64,000 nt of DNA from contig CAVUSO010000001.1 in assembly GCA_963744145.1 (NCBI GenBank), forward strand, positions 5,888,001 to 5,952,000, given 5' to 3'. The notes under the pieces were generated by a model. The model did not search any database and was not told the DNA's origin. It saw only the letters and a list, made by a program, of their open reading frames with translations. Position numbers and translations under genes: made by a program. Below are positions 10,549-21,347 of this stretch, in pieces; the first letter of the stretch is position 1; every line of letters begins with the position of its first letter. The stretch is from an uncultured cyanobacterium (GTDB lineage: Bacteria; Cyanobacteriota; Cyanobacteriia; Cyanobacteriales; CAWUOF01).

Positions 10549-11400
10549 TTAATCCCGCAAAATTAGATCAGCAACCAGACAAACTTCTTGCATTTGTTGG
10601 ACATCATGAACTCGCAAAATATCTGCACCTTTAGCGATCGCAGCACTAGTAGCACCAGCAGTTCCCCAAATTCTTAATTTCGGATCAGGTTGGTTTAAAA
10701 TCTGACCAATAAAACTCTTACGAGATACTCCAATTAAAATTGGACAATTAAGAGCGCGAAAAATCGGTAATTTCTGCAAAATCTCTAGATTCTGAGCATA
10801 AGTCTTGGCAAAACCAATCCCAGGATCAATAATAATTTTAGCCGGATCAATACCTAGGGCGATCGCCGCTTGAATCCGAGTTGCTAAAAACTGATAAATT
10901 TCCCCGACTAAATCCTGATAATCAATGAATTGTTGCATTGTTTCAGGAGTACCGCGGATGTGCATTAAGGCGATCGGTACTCCTAATGATGCCACAACCG
11001 ACAACATATTTGGATCAAAAATTCCTCCAGAAATATCATTCACCAGATCAGCTCCAGCTTCCACTGCGGCTTGTGCTACTATTGAACGAGTAGTATCCAC
11101 CGAAATGGGTACATTTAAACCTAAATTCTGTCGTAATTTGGTAATCAGTGGTACTACCCGATTAATTTCTTCAACAACAGAAATAGGTTTAGCCCCAGGA
11201 CGAGTTGATTGACCACCAATATCCAGGATATCAGCCCCAGCAGCAACTAGAGCTTGAGCTTGAGTCAAAGCAGCATCGAGACTAGAGAAGTCACCCCCAT
11301 CGCTAAAGCTATCAGGGGTGACATTCAAAATACCCATTAAATAAGTGCGAACACCCCAAACAAAAGAGCGATCGCGAAGAGTCAATGGATGAGCAGTCAT
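10549..11400 (-). CDS. folP: Dihydropteroate synthase
   Basis: MGILNVTPDSFSDGG, DIGGQSTRPG, DPGIGF, SRK, LRVHDV; start taken at MTAHPL (ORF open from 11430). Confidence 0.96.
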   Translation of the reverse strand: MTAHPLTLRDRSFVWGVRTYLMGILNVTPDSFSDGGDFSSLDAALTQAQALVAAGADILDIGGQSTRPGAKPISVVEEINRVVPLITKLRQNLGLNVPISVDTTRSIVAQAAVEAGADLVNDISGGIFDPNMLSVVASLGVPIALMHIRGTPETMQQFIDYQDLVGEIYQFLATRIQAAIALGIDPAKIIIDPGIGFAKTYAQNLEILQKLPIFRALNCPILIGVSRKSFIGQILNQPDPKLRIWGTAGATSAAIAKGADILRVHDVQQMQEVCLVADLILRD

Positions 11401-11404
11401 GATG

Positions 11405-12130
11405 CTATTTATAGTTGACAATCCGAGCAAAGCTAGCAGATTCTAGACTTGCTCCACCAACAAGAGCCCCATCGATTTCTGGTTGAGCCATAATTTCATC
11501 AATATTATCCGGTTTAACCGAACCACCGTATTGAATGGGCACATCAGGATTAGTCAATTGCTCACGAATTAAACCAATCACGCGATTAGCTTCTTTAGTT
11601 TCGCAAGTATCACCCGTACCAATAGCCCAGATTGGTTCATAAGCGATAATTAGCTGTGTTTGATCAACATCCACCAAATCTTTGGCTAATTGATGACTAA
11701 TGATCGCTTCCGTTTCACCTTTGTCCCTTTGTTGCTTGGTTTCACCCACACAAAGAATCGGTGTCAGGTGGTGCCGTTGGGCTGCTTTTAGTCGGCGATT
11801 AACGGTATCATCAGTTTCCCCAAAATATTGCCGTCGTTCGCTATGTCCAATAATCACATAACGTACACCAAGTTCCGTCAGCATCGGACCAGAAATTTCA
11901 CCAGTGTAGGCACCAGCATCTTCCCAGTGAATATTTTGGGCACCCAGTCGCACCAGACCACCATGCAAATTGTTAGACATGATGCCCAAAGCAGTGAAAG
12001 GAACACACAAAATTACTTCCCTCGCGTTGGGAGTTTCTTCCAGACTGGGTGTAAATCCCCTTAAAAACTCCAGTGCATCTGACTGGGTTTTGTACATTTT
12101 CCAGTTACCAGCAATAACAATTTTCCGCAC
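11405..12130 (-). CDS. tpiA: Triosephosphate isomerase
   Basis: [39 protein letters not shown] start. Confidence 0.98.
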   Translation of the reverse strand: MRKIVIAGNWKMYKTQSDALEFLRGFTPSLEETPNAREVILCVPFTALGIMSNNLHGGLVRLGAQNIHWEDAGAYTGEISGPMLTELGVRYVIIGHSERRQYFGETDDTVNRRLKAAQRHHLTPILCVGETKQQRDKGETEAIISHQLAKDLVDVDQTQLIIAYEPIWAIGTGDTCETKEANRVIGLIREQLTNPDVPIQYGGSVKPDNIDEIMAQPEIDGALVGGASLESASFARIVNYK

Positions 12131-12427
12131 AGGTGACTCAGTTAAACTTCAGAACAGAAAGCACTTTTTAGTTTAAGGCTTGCAGGGGACAATTTTTAGT
12201 GTAGATTTGAGATTTTGGTTTGATTTTAACTTGCCAAAAAGATCAGATCGCTTTTTTTCTGGCAGGAAGGGATTGAGGACTACTTTCCAGCGAGCCAATT
12301 TTACCTAAATCCTGGTGATCCAGATTGAGCTAGAAATATCTTTTGTCCCATTTCCGTAATTTAGTCCAGGATCGGTGCGTTAATTCATTTGGCGATCGCC
12401 CCGTTACCACCTAGTATAGAGAATTTA

Positions 12428-13552
12428 CTATTGTTTGATAAATTCTAAATACTGATTTACAATTTTATCTATATAAAAATCAGCTGCTCGCTTTTGTAAT
12501 AAATTTCTATCTAGGGGCTCTTTGAGCGTGGTTAAAATTGCTTGAGCTAACTCGTATTCATTACCGATCGGGACTAGTTTCCCATATTTTCCATATTCTA
12601 AAAGTTCCGCTGAACCACTTGGACAATCTGTAGAAACAATCGGTATTCCTACTGCTAAGGATTCTAGGATAACATTAGATAATCCTTCCCATCTAGAACT
12701 TAAAACGAAAATGTCAGATTTTTTAATATAGATAAATGGATTAGGGACAAAACCTGTGAGGGAAACCTGATTTTTTACACCTAATTCATCGATTAACTGT
12801 TCCAGTTCTTTTCGCTGTGATCCTTCTCCCAGAATAATTAAACGAGACTTCAATGACTGATTGACAATCACAAAAGCTTTGATTAGAGTCACAAAATCTT
12901 TTTCATATTCAAGTCTCCCAATCCCTAAAATCACCGGTAAATTTTTATTAATTAACCAGGGATGATTGATTGGTTCTTCTAGCTTAGTTGCTATTTCTTC
13001 AGGGATGATCGGATTATAGATCGCTTTGATCTTTGAGGAAGATATACCCGTAAGTTTGATGACATCATCAGCAACTCCTTGAGAAACTGCAATAATTTTA
13101 TCACTCCAGGGATAGGTAAAGCGCAATAGATTAGTTTCCAGCTTTCCCTTAATCCCTTTTTTCTGGAAATCTTGAGATAAATTGACTCTTACGGAAATAA
13201 TAATTTGACAATTAACTCCTGAAATAAATCTAGCCAAAGATGCTAAATTAATACTATCATAAATGGTAATCAAAGTTTGAGGGCGTGAACTTTTTAAATA
13301 ATTAGCGATCGCGAATAATTTTTGGAAAATAAATTGAGTTTCTTGGTTTTCAATTCCTAAGGTAACTACTTTAACTCCAGCCGGAATTTCTGGTGCATTT
13401 TCCTTCACTGAACCAATCAATACTAGTTCTACTTCGATCCCATGTGCAATTAATCCTTTTGCTATTCTCAGAGTAGATCGCTCACAACCATAACCAGCTA
13501 AAGCAGGTAGTAAAAAACTAATTCTTGATAAATCCACGATCCAATACCTCAT
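12428..13552 (-). CDS. Glycosyltransferase family 4
   Basis: GRL..EK and FVLSSRWEGLSNVILE GT-B motif. Confidence 0.9.
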   Translation of the reverse strand: MRYWIVDLSRISFLLPALAGYGCERSTLRIAKGLIAHGIEVELVLIGSVKENAPEIPAGVKVVTLGIENQETQFIFQKLFAIANYLKSSRPQTLITIYDSINLASLARFISGVNCQIIISVRVNLSQDFQKKGIKGKLETNLLRFTYPWSDKIIAVSQGVADDVIKLTGISSSKIKAIYNPIIPEEIATKLEEPINHPWLINKNLPVILGIGRLEYEKDFVTLIKAFVIVNQSLKSRLIILGEGSQRKELEQLIDELGVKNQVSLTGFVPNPFIYIKKSDIFVLSSRWEGLSNVILESLAVGIPIVSTDCPSGSAELLEYGKYGKLVPIGNEYELAQAILTTLKEPLDRNLLQKRAADFYIDKIVNQYLEFIKQ

Positions 13553-13625
13553 TCAATCAGTTTGATGGACTAGACAAAGCTGAAAAAAATACCCTCAACC
13601 CTTATTTGAAGAATTAGGCTATTAA

Positions 13626-14582
13626 TTAGATTTTTAATTTTGAAATTACTTGGTTTAAAACGTAGGTAGGACGTAGTAATAATGCTCCTAGCAAATTCGG
13701 TAATAGCCAATGATATTCATGTCTAGAAACATTAGTAACAGCAGCTTTATATAAAACATAACTCAAATCTTTTCGTTTTTGATCTAATTTTTCCCACCAA
13801 GGTTTTTGCGATTGAATCACTAAAAATTCTGACCAGGTTGGTTCTGGCTTTCCTTGACAACGTCTAATCATACATTCTGTAACCCAATTAACTTTTTCGA
13901 TCCCTTGTTTGGCATTAGTTACCGAAATTGAAGTAGAATGGATTCTGTATTTTACCAAAAATTCTGGCTGAACTAAAATCGGATAACCCTGTTCAGCAAC
14001 TCTGTTCCATAAATCTAAATCTTCAGCATAGCTAAAATTCCGATAACCTCCAACTGCTTGAATTACCGATTTTTTCATAATTACCGCTGGTTGATGGAAT
14101 CCGATGAGTTGATTTTTACGGACATACTCTTCCACCACAGCTCTATTGGTGAACTTTGCTCGAAATTGACCAATAATTTTGCCATCTTCACCAATATTAT
14201 AAACATAGCTGCTCGCTACAGCAAGATCGGGGTTTTCGGCAATAAAAGCTAATTGTCTTTCAATTCGGTTGGGCATCATCAGATCATCTGCGTCCATCCG
14301 GCAAATCCATTCATTTTTGCTCAATTCTATTCCTTTATTCAAAGTATTAGGTATGCCACTATTGGCTTGAGTAATTACCTTGATTCGTTGATCTTTTTCG
14401 GCATAAGATTTGATAATAGCTAGGGTATTGTCGGTAGAACCATCATCAATGATCAGTAATTCAAAATTTGGGTATGTTTGAACTAAGATACTCTCAATGG
14501 TTTCTGCAATGTAACGCTCGGCATTGTAAGCTGGTATAAGGATGGATACCTGCATAAATTTACCCTCCTGATTCATTGGCAA
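13626..14582 (-). CDS. Glycosyltransferase family 2
   Basis: VSILIPAYNAE, IDDGSTD, RMDADD; start may be MQVSIL at 14555. Confidence 0.9.
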   Translation of the reverse strand: MPMNQEGKFMQVSILIPAYNAERYIAETIESILVQTYPNFELLIIDDGSTDNTLAIIKSYAEKDQRIKVITQANSGIPNTLNKGIELSKNEWICRMDADDLMMPNRIERQLAFIAENPDLAVASSYVYNIGEDGKIIGQFRAKFTNRAVVEEYVRKNQLIGFHQPAVIMKKSVIQAVGGYRNFSYAEDLDLWNRVAEQGYPILVQPEFLVKYRIHSTSISVTNAKQGIEKVNWVTECMIRRCQGKPEPTWSEFLVIQSQKPWWEKLDQKRKDLSYVLYKAAVTNVSRHEYHWLLPNLLGALLLRPTYVLNQVISKLKI

Positions 14583-14658
14583 TCATTATATTCTAGTGGA
14601 AAAAACCACATTACCTCCAAAAAATTTTAGGCGTTACTGATTTACGGGATGAAAGACT

Positions 14659-14780
14659 AGACCTCTTGCAAAAGTCCTTATTGATCAATTTATTGACAGG
14701 CAAGATGCCTGTCCCACTAGAAAAAATCACCTTTGTGGGACGGGCATCTTGCCTGTCCTATTTATTTTTGCAAGAAGTCT
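14659..14780. mobile_element. 122-bp MITE, AGACYTCTTGCA family, copy 1
   Basis: TIRs AGACCTCTTGCAAAA / TTTTGCAAGAAGTCT, ACT on both sides, internal hairpin ACAGGCAAGATGCCTGTCCCAC...GTGGGACGGGCATCTTGCCTGT. Confidence 0.85.
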
Positions 14781-14816
14781 ACTGAATCTGTCAGAACCCA
14801 AATTAGTAGGGGTGAT

Positions 14817-14841
14817 AGGGGCGTATAGCAATACGCCCCTA
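14817..14841. repeat. Short REP-like palindrome AGGGGCGTATAGCAATACGCCCCT
   Basis: Near-perfect hairpin; relatives at about 24834-24860 and 32198-32225. Confidence 0.75.
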
Positions 14842-14909
14842 AATTTTCAAGTTATCTATTTTCATCCCTTAATTAAACAACACCAACTTGACTATACTTA
14901 ATTTAATAT

Positions 14910-16841
14910 TTATGCTTGATTTCGCCCCTTGATTACACCATATACTTCTACCGTCTCGACACGACCTTTAACATGGAGCGGTCCGAGAGGTTTGAGGATA
15001 ATTTCATCATGTTGGTCATGGTTTTTAATCGCTTCAGCCGTGGTATGATTAATTAATATGGGATACTCAGGATATTCTTTGGTTAAACTTTCTAATCTCG
15101 CAGCGACATTAACTGCATCTCCGATCACTGTATATAACAAACGTTCCATTGAACCAATTTGACCTGCGACTACTTCTCCTGTACTAATCCCAATTCCGCT
15201 TCTAATTGGTACTTCACCACGAGTAATTCGTCTTTGGTTGAGTGCTTCTAGTCGATCGCGCATTGCTAAAGCAGCTGAAACAGCACACCATTCTTGATCT
15301 GGTTGGACGATCGGCGCACCAAAGATGACAATAATTGCATCACCAATAAAGTTATTAATATAACCTCCCCACGGACGGACAGCCGCAGTCATTTCGGTCA
15401 AATATTCATTTAATAAAGACATTACTGCTTGCGGAACCATTTGTTCAGAAATTGTTGAAAATCCCCGAATATCCGAAAATAATACGGTGCAGATTCGCGT
15501 TTCTCCTCCTAATTCTAAGTTACCATTAAGTAATTTTTCCCGGACTTCTGGTGATACCACTCTCCCAAAAATATCTCTTTCTTTTTGTCGATCGCGTAAT
15601 CCTCCAATCATGGTATTAAAAGCTTGAGCTAATACCCCTAACTCATCATGATGATAAACTTTTATATGGAGACCCTCTAGCTCTCCCTTTTCAATTTTGT
15701 GAGCTGCTTTTGTCAAAGCTTGGATTGGTTTTACAATGGTGCGAGCAAATAGCAAGGCTAAAATAGTCACGATCGCTCCAACGATAAAAACACTGCGATC
15801 GGTCTGTTTCGCTAACTGATTTAAGGAACTAGCAAACTGTTCTTCTGACTCTTTCACACCAACTACCCAAGGTTTATTTCTCAAAGGTGCAAAACCCACA
15901 ATTTGTGATATTTCTGATTTGGGGTCAAGATAGCTAGTATGTCCTGGATTTTTGGCTTTGATCATGACATTAGCTAACTGAAAAAGATTTAAACTCGTGG
16001 GTTTATAAATATCGATTTTGGCAAACCGATCAACAAAATTACTTTCCTTTATCGCTGCTGGTGATAAAGGAGCTAAACTACTGTATAATAAATCTTTATT
16101 GCGATCATTGATAATAATTCCATATTGATCAATTAAAAAAGCATCGCCTTTTTCACCTACCTGTAAATGATCGACAATTTTGCTAATTCTTGCTCCTTGA
16201 AGTTTCAGAACAGCAATACCCACAATTTGTTTGTCCTCGGATTTTACTGGTACGGAAAAATATAATCCAGCTTGCTCTGTGGTTGAGCCAATTAAGAGAT
16301 CAGAAATATAACTTTTTCCTTTGATTGCACCCTTGTAGTAATCTCGAAAAGCATAACTTTTATTAACATTTTTGGGATTGGTAGACATCAGACAAAGACC
16401 AGTCGGATCTAAAAGAAAAACACTAGCATAATCCGAATTAGATTTTCTAATACTGTCTAAAGCTTGATAAGCTAATGCGTGCAAAGCTTGTTGATGTTTA
16501 GCCGAGGTGTAACTAGAGAGAAAAGCCACTACCTGACTATTTTCAGCTACTAAACCAGCAACTTTATTTGTATCGATAATTAATTGATCTAGACGACTAG
16601 CCGTAATAGTAGCTAATAGCTCTAAATTACGGTATTCAGTCATTTGTAAACTTACTAAACTTTTGTGTAAGTTAAAATAGGCAATACTGGTCATCGGAAC
16701 TAAGGCTGCAATTAGCAATATAGTGGAAACTTTAACCGCTATTGGCCATTCCAGTACACAAAACCTGATCAGAATAGGTTTTAATTTATAGGGAATGGGC
16801 ATCATTAATAAACGGATCAGGCGATCGCAAATCTGCTTCAT
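14910..16841 (-). CDS. Membrane class III nucleotide cyclase (TM-Cache-TM-HAMP-cyclase)
   Basis: FSDIRGFS, FIGDA, GIGISTG, YTVIGDAVNVAARLES, VKGR; HAMP DELG.LA.AFN.M; start codon uncertain. Confidence 0.9.
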   Translation of the reverse strand: MKQICDRLIRLLMMPIPYKLKPILIRFCVLEWPIAVKVSTILLIAALVPMTSIAYFNLHKSLVSLQMTEYRNLELLATITASRLDQLIIDTNKVAGLVAENSQVVAFLSSYTSAKHQQALHALAYQALDSIRKSNSDYASVFLLDPTGLCLMSTNPKNVNKSYAFRDYYKGAIKGKSYISDLLIGSTTEQAGLYFSVPVKSEDKQIVGIAVLKLQGARISKIVDHLQVGEKGDAFLIDQYGIIINDRNKDLLYSSLAPLSPAAIKESNFVDRFAKIDIYKPTSLNLFQLANVMIKAKNPGHTSYLDPKSEISQIVGFAPLRNKPWVVGVKESEEQFASSLNQLAKQTDRSVFIVGAIVTILALLFARTIVKPIQALTKAAHKIEKGELEGLHIKVYHHDELGVLAQAFNTMIGGLRDRQKERDIFGRVVSPEVREKLLNGNLELGGETRICTVLFSDIRGFSTISEQMVPQAVMSLLNEYLTEMTAAVRPWGGYINNFIGDAIIVIFGAPIVQPDQEWCAVSAALAMRDRLEALNQRRITRGEVPIRSGIGISTGEVVAGQIGSMERLLYTVIGDAVNVAARLESLTKEYPEYPILINHTTAEAIKNHDQHDEIILKPLGPLHVKGRVETVEVYGVIKGRNQA

Positions 16842-16996
16842 AAAACAATCAACCTAAAATTTAGCAAATGAAAGCAATTTGCCGTTAACAATTACTTTGA
16901 TTGAAAAGCTAGTATAGTTGATCTAAACAATCCGGATTTAGTTCAGCAGTTTGTGGGACTTTACTTAAATCAAGTTCCATGTTTAAATATAGCATT

Positions 16997-17842
16997 TTAG
17001 GTATCTTTTGCCATGGCTGATAGTACCGCTTGCTGACTAACATTGGTATAAACTTTATTTAAGTATTCCATTATCGTTGCGATCGAAGCCGACTTAGTCC
17101 CTGCTTCTAAATCAACTGCTAAAGGAATTGCTCCTAAAACATCTAAAACAGTACCGTTACTCGGTGGGGGCACAATCACAACTAGCCCCGGTTCTAGTTG
17201 TTGATTATATTGCCAAAATTTTTTCCCTCTTAAAGAATAACAGGAAATTTCTGCTTGTAAATCCTGTTTTTCTAATTTCGTTCGTTTGCTTGTCTGTTCT
17301 CCTGTTCCCGTACTTCTAATTTGACGTAATGCTGTCAAGATTTGCTCTTTACTACGTCCTCGGAGTTGAAATAGGACAAAAGGATCTTCACTAAAGCGAT
17401 CGCCTAATAAATAATAAATTGCGCCAATATGTTTGCAAGGATTAACTTTATCGGGACAACTACAGCGACTGTGGATTTCTTCTAAGGTATAGGGAAATAA
17501 GGTCACCCCATTCTTGACAAAAACTTCTTCTAAATTTGCGGGCATTTCTCCAGATAATAATCTGGCTGAAAAACTCGCTTTTTGTGCCATACTTTCAATG
17601 ATATAGTGCCACTGTTCATCACTAAATGGTGCCATGAACAGTGAAACTTGATAGGGTTCTGGTTCTGTACCTTGCACTTGGGCAATAACTTTTTCCCCGG
17701 CAAAATCAATACTTAGAACATTTCCTTGTCTAGCATAGTTGCGGGCACGTTCGAGTCTTTTTTTAAATCGATATTTATCTAATAACTCTAACCATCTTTC
17801 TACCCACCATTCTCGTTTAATTTGCGCTGGTTCATTCACCAT
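16997..17842 (-). CDS. SWIM zinc-finger protein
   Basis: CSCPD..NPCKH motif; directly downstream of the SNF2 gene, a known pairing. Confidence 0.9.
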   Translation of the reverse strand: MVNEPAQIKREWWVERWLELLDKYRFKKRLERARNYARQGNVLSIDFAGEKVIAQVQGTEPEPYQVSLFMAPFSDEQWHYIIESMAQKASFSARLLSGEMPANLEEVFVKNGVTLFPYTLEEIHSRCSCPDKVNPCKHIGAIYYLLGDRFSEDPFVLFQLRGRSKEQILTALRQIRSTGTGEQTSKRTKLEKQDLQAEISCYSLRGKKFWQYNQQLEPGLVVIVPPPSNGTVLDVLGAIPLAVDLEAGTKSASIATIMEYLNKVYTNVSQQAVLSAMAKDT

Positions 17843-17866
17843 GATTTAATTTCCTTCATTAGTAAT

Positions 17867-20800
17867 TTATTCAACTATAACTGCATCGCGGTCTAATAAC
17901 AATAAGTCCCGCAGCTGATTGGTATCTAATTCGGTTAACCAGTTTTCTCCAGCACCTACTACTTGTTCAGCTAAAGCTTTTTTGCTTTCCATTAAGTCAT
18001 GGATTTTTTCCTCTAATGTACCTGTACAGACAAATTTATGGACTTGAACATTACGACTTTGCCCAATTCTAAATACTCGGTCTGTAGCTTGATTTTCCAC
18101 TGCGGGATTCCACCATCGATCAAAGTGAAATACATGATTAGCACGAGTTAAATTCAGTCCGGTTCCCCCAGCTTTGAGAGAGAATCATAATTGGTGGACC
18201 TTGGGGATCATTTTGAAAGCGATCGATCATTTCTTCCCGTTGAGCTTTAGAAGTGCTACCATATAAAAAGAATATTTCTTGTTTTAGTTGCTTTTCTAAA
18301 TAGGGTTTAAGTAATTTTCCCCATTCGGCAAATTGGGTAAAAATTAAAGCCCGATCACCTTCTGCTAAAACTTCTTCGAGCATTTCTTCTAACCGCTGGA
18401 GTTTACCCGAATCTTTAGTGCTAATGCTAGTTTGTTTACTTTTACCCTCTTCTTTTAAAAGTACCGGATGATTACAAATTTGCTTTAATTTTACCAGTAA
18501 TGCTAAAATCATCCCCCGACGTTTAATTCCCTCAGATGATTCAATTTCTGTTAAGGATGTTTCTACCAACTTTTGGTATAAAGCAGCTTGTTCATTTGCG
18601 AGTCCACAAAATACAGCCATTTCCTGTTTTTCTGGTAAGTCTTGGATAATACTTTTATCACTTTTTAACCGACGCAAAATAAAAGGACGTACTAGCGATC
18701 GCAATATCTGTAAAGAATCTGTATCTCCATATTTTTCAATTGGAATAGCAAATCTTCTTTGGAAAAAATTCCGCGGTCCTAAATATCCAGGATTGAGAAA
18801 ATCTAAAATTGACCATAATTCTGATAGTCGGTTTTCCACAGGAGTACCAGTTAGAGCAATCCGAAATGATGCGTTTATTTGTCGAACTGCTTGGGATTGT
18901 TTTGCGTCTGAATTTTTAATATTTTGAGCTTCATCTAAAACTATTCCTTGCCAAGATATACTTTGAATATCCTTTAAATCTCGATAAATTAGGGGATAAC
19001 TGGTAATTAGTAAATCTTTCCCATTTATGGCTTTAATCAGTTCTTTTCCTTTAGCACGTTTATCTCCATGATGTACCATTAATTTTAAAGTGGGAGAAAA
19101 TTTCTTTACCTCTCTTTCCCAATTACCTAGTACGGAAGTTGGACAAATTAATAATACTGGTGCTTCTAACTCTCCTTTTTCTCTTAAATAGAGGAGAAAT
19201 GCGATTAGTTGGATAGTTTTACCTAATCCCATATCATCTGCTAAACAAGCACCTAAACTCCAACGTTGCAGAAAAGCTAACCAACTCACACCTCTTGCTT
19301 GATAAGGTCTTAACTCACCTCGGAAATTAGCTGGAGGTGTAATTTCTTCTAGTTGTTGATTTCCAGTTAAAGTTGACATTAATTCTTGCAACATTCCCGA
19401 TGATTCAAAACTGACTACTGGCAATTTTTCAATCATCTGGTTATCTCCTGTCGATAACCGAAGAGCATCTTCAAGAGAAAGGGATAATTGTTCTTTTCGA
19501 CTGGTAAAGAAATTTTGAGCTGCTCTCACATCTTGCGATCGCAACTCTACCCATTCTCCATTAATTTCCACTAAGGGAGAATTTAATGCTACTAATCGAT
19601 CGAATTCAGCTTTAGATATTTTTTGTCCACCAATAGATAATTCCCATTGAAAATTAAGTAAACTTTGTAGTCCCAAACGGTCATTTTTCTTTAATTTGGG
19701 AGTTTCAGCTCGAATGCTTAAACCCAAACGGGAAGCGATCGCATCTCGATTAGTTAAACTTGATGGTAAGATCACACCCAATCCACTATCTAAAAAACGC
19801 CAAGCAGCAGTTTTAATAAATTCATAAGCTTGGATCGGTGTTAAAACACAACAAGTCGGACAGGGTTGATCTAAACTAGATTCAATTGGGGTAAATAGTC
19901 TGGTCGCTAAACCTAAACCTTTCAGCAAAGTTTCCTGGGGTTGTTCAACTATTATTCCCCGAATCATTAGCTGTTCTCCCGGATTATTCCAGATGGTTTG
20001 AGCAGCAATTAAAAATTCGGAATCCGCGATTGACTGTAAAACATATTCTACCATCCACTCAGTTTTCCCAGGTAGGGGAGATTGGAGATAAAAACCAGCT
20101 CGAAATCGGTTTTGAGTATCTAGATATTGCTGTAATGGTGCTGTCCAAGTAGTTAAAGCAGTTGCTAAACTTTTTATTGCTACTGGTGCGATCGCTTTCA
20201 CTATTCCCGATGTCGATCCTAATCCTTGTAACCATTCTTTTACTTGGGGTGGTACAGATGTAGCTATTTTTGGATCTAAAGGATTTTCACTAACTACTTT
20301 TCTGACTCTTGTATCAATAACATGACTAAGAAAATTCCGTAATAATTCCTGGGGATTAGCGGGTAAATCTACCTTTAAATGGGAGATTTTTTCTGAAGTT
20401 TGACTAATTTCCTGATAAGTTTGACAAATGCTGGGCATTAATTTAGTAAAACGTTCAAACCGATTTTGATCTACAGCACTATCAAGTAAAATTTGCCAAT
20501 TCGCAACAGTTAAATCTTTAACGATTAGAGCTGGTAAAAATTTACATCTTGCTAGTAAATCTAAACTCCATCGGACTAGGTGTGACCAAAACCGTAAATC
20601 TGCACCGACAAAGGAATTTTCTGTGATGGTTCCTAAAGGTATAGATTGCAAAAAATTTATTGCTTCTGAAGGTGCTAAACTGATCCCCTCAACTTGCCAA
20701 GTGTAGAGATAAAAATCATCATTTTCTGTCAATTCAGCCGCAGAATGTTGAGGAATTAATTCATCTGCATTAGTGATAATTGTGGGGATAGCGATCGCAA

Positions 20801-21074
20801 CTGATTGCCACTGAGTTAAGCTGGAATTAGTGATTACTTTTGGTGATTTAAGTTGAGATTTGCCATTTTCTGGTAATTGCCAAGAAAAAGTTTCTGATTT
20901 TTGTAGAGATGCTAAAAAAGTGCTTAATTCTACTTGACTCATCGCCAAAGGATGAGATAAGATATTTCCTGATTGAGCAAATCCAGTCCCACTAATTCTG
21001 CGCCAAGTTTCTCCCCAAATAAAGAAAGAATTACCTTGATTTTGAGAAAGCCAACTTCCATGTAAAACTGCCAT
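17867..21074 (-). CDS. SNF2-family helicase/ATPase, split by a 2-nt frameshift at about 18176-18183
   Basis: [26 protein letters not shown]-(L)[26 protein letters not shown] continues in another frame across a (GA)4 tract. Confidence 0.9.
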
Positions 21075-21347
21075 CCGCTCAATTCCTATATTTCCCTAGC
21101 ACTTTAGATTTTGACAAAAATAGATGTTTTAGCGAGTTATTTAACATCTAAACAGAGATTCCTGAAGTCCTGAAAGGTTAATATTATAACACATAACCAA
21201 GAAAAAAAGGCATCAAGCTGGCTGTCCGGGAGCTGGGATGTGATGTCCATACCGCCCGAGCAAAAGGGAGTAAATGGCGAATTTTTTGGTAAATGCTAGG
21301 ATTGCCACAGAGAAAGAAAAGAATAACAGTGAAGGAAAAAGCCCTGA

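Larger units (their letters stand above)
14630..14884. mobile_element. Degenerate outer MITE (GGCGTT..GGGATGAA ends) containing a nested MITE and a short REP
   Basis: Imperfect terminal inverted repeats GGCGTTACTGATTTACGGGATGAAA / TTTCATCCCTTAATTAAACAACACC; no clear target duplication. Confidence 0.5.

Noticed and set aside
14910..16841. Cyclase as part of a Pycsar/CBASS-type defence system
   Set aside because: Has a membrane Cache-HAMP sensor architecture and no adjacent effector gene
16997..21074. SNF2 + SWIM pair as an anti-phage system
   Set aside because: Common chromosomal pairing; no nuclease, methylase or other defence genes adjacent
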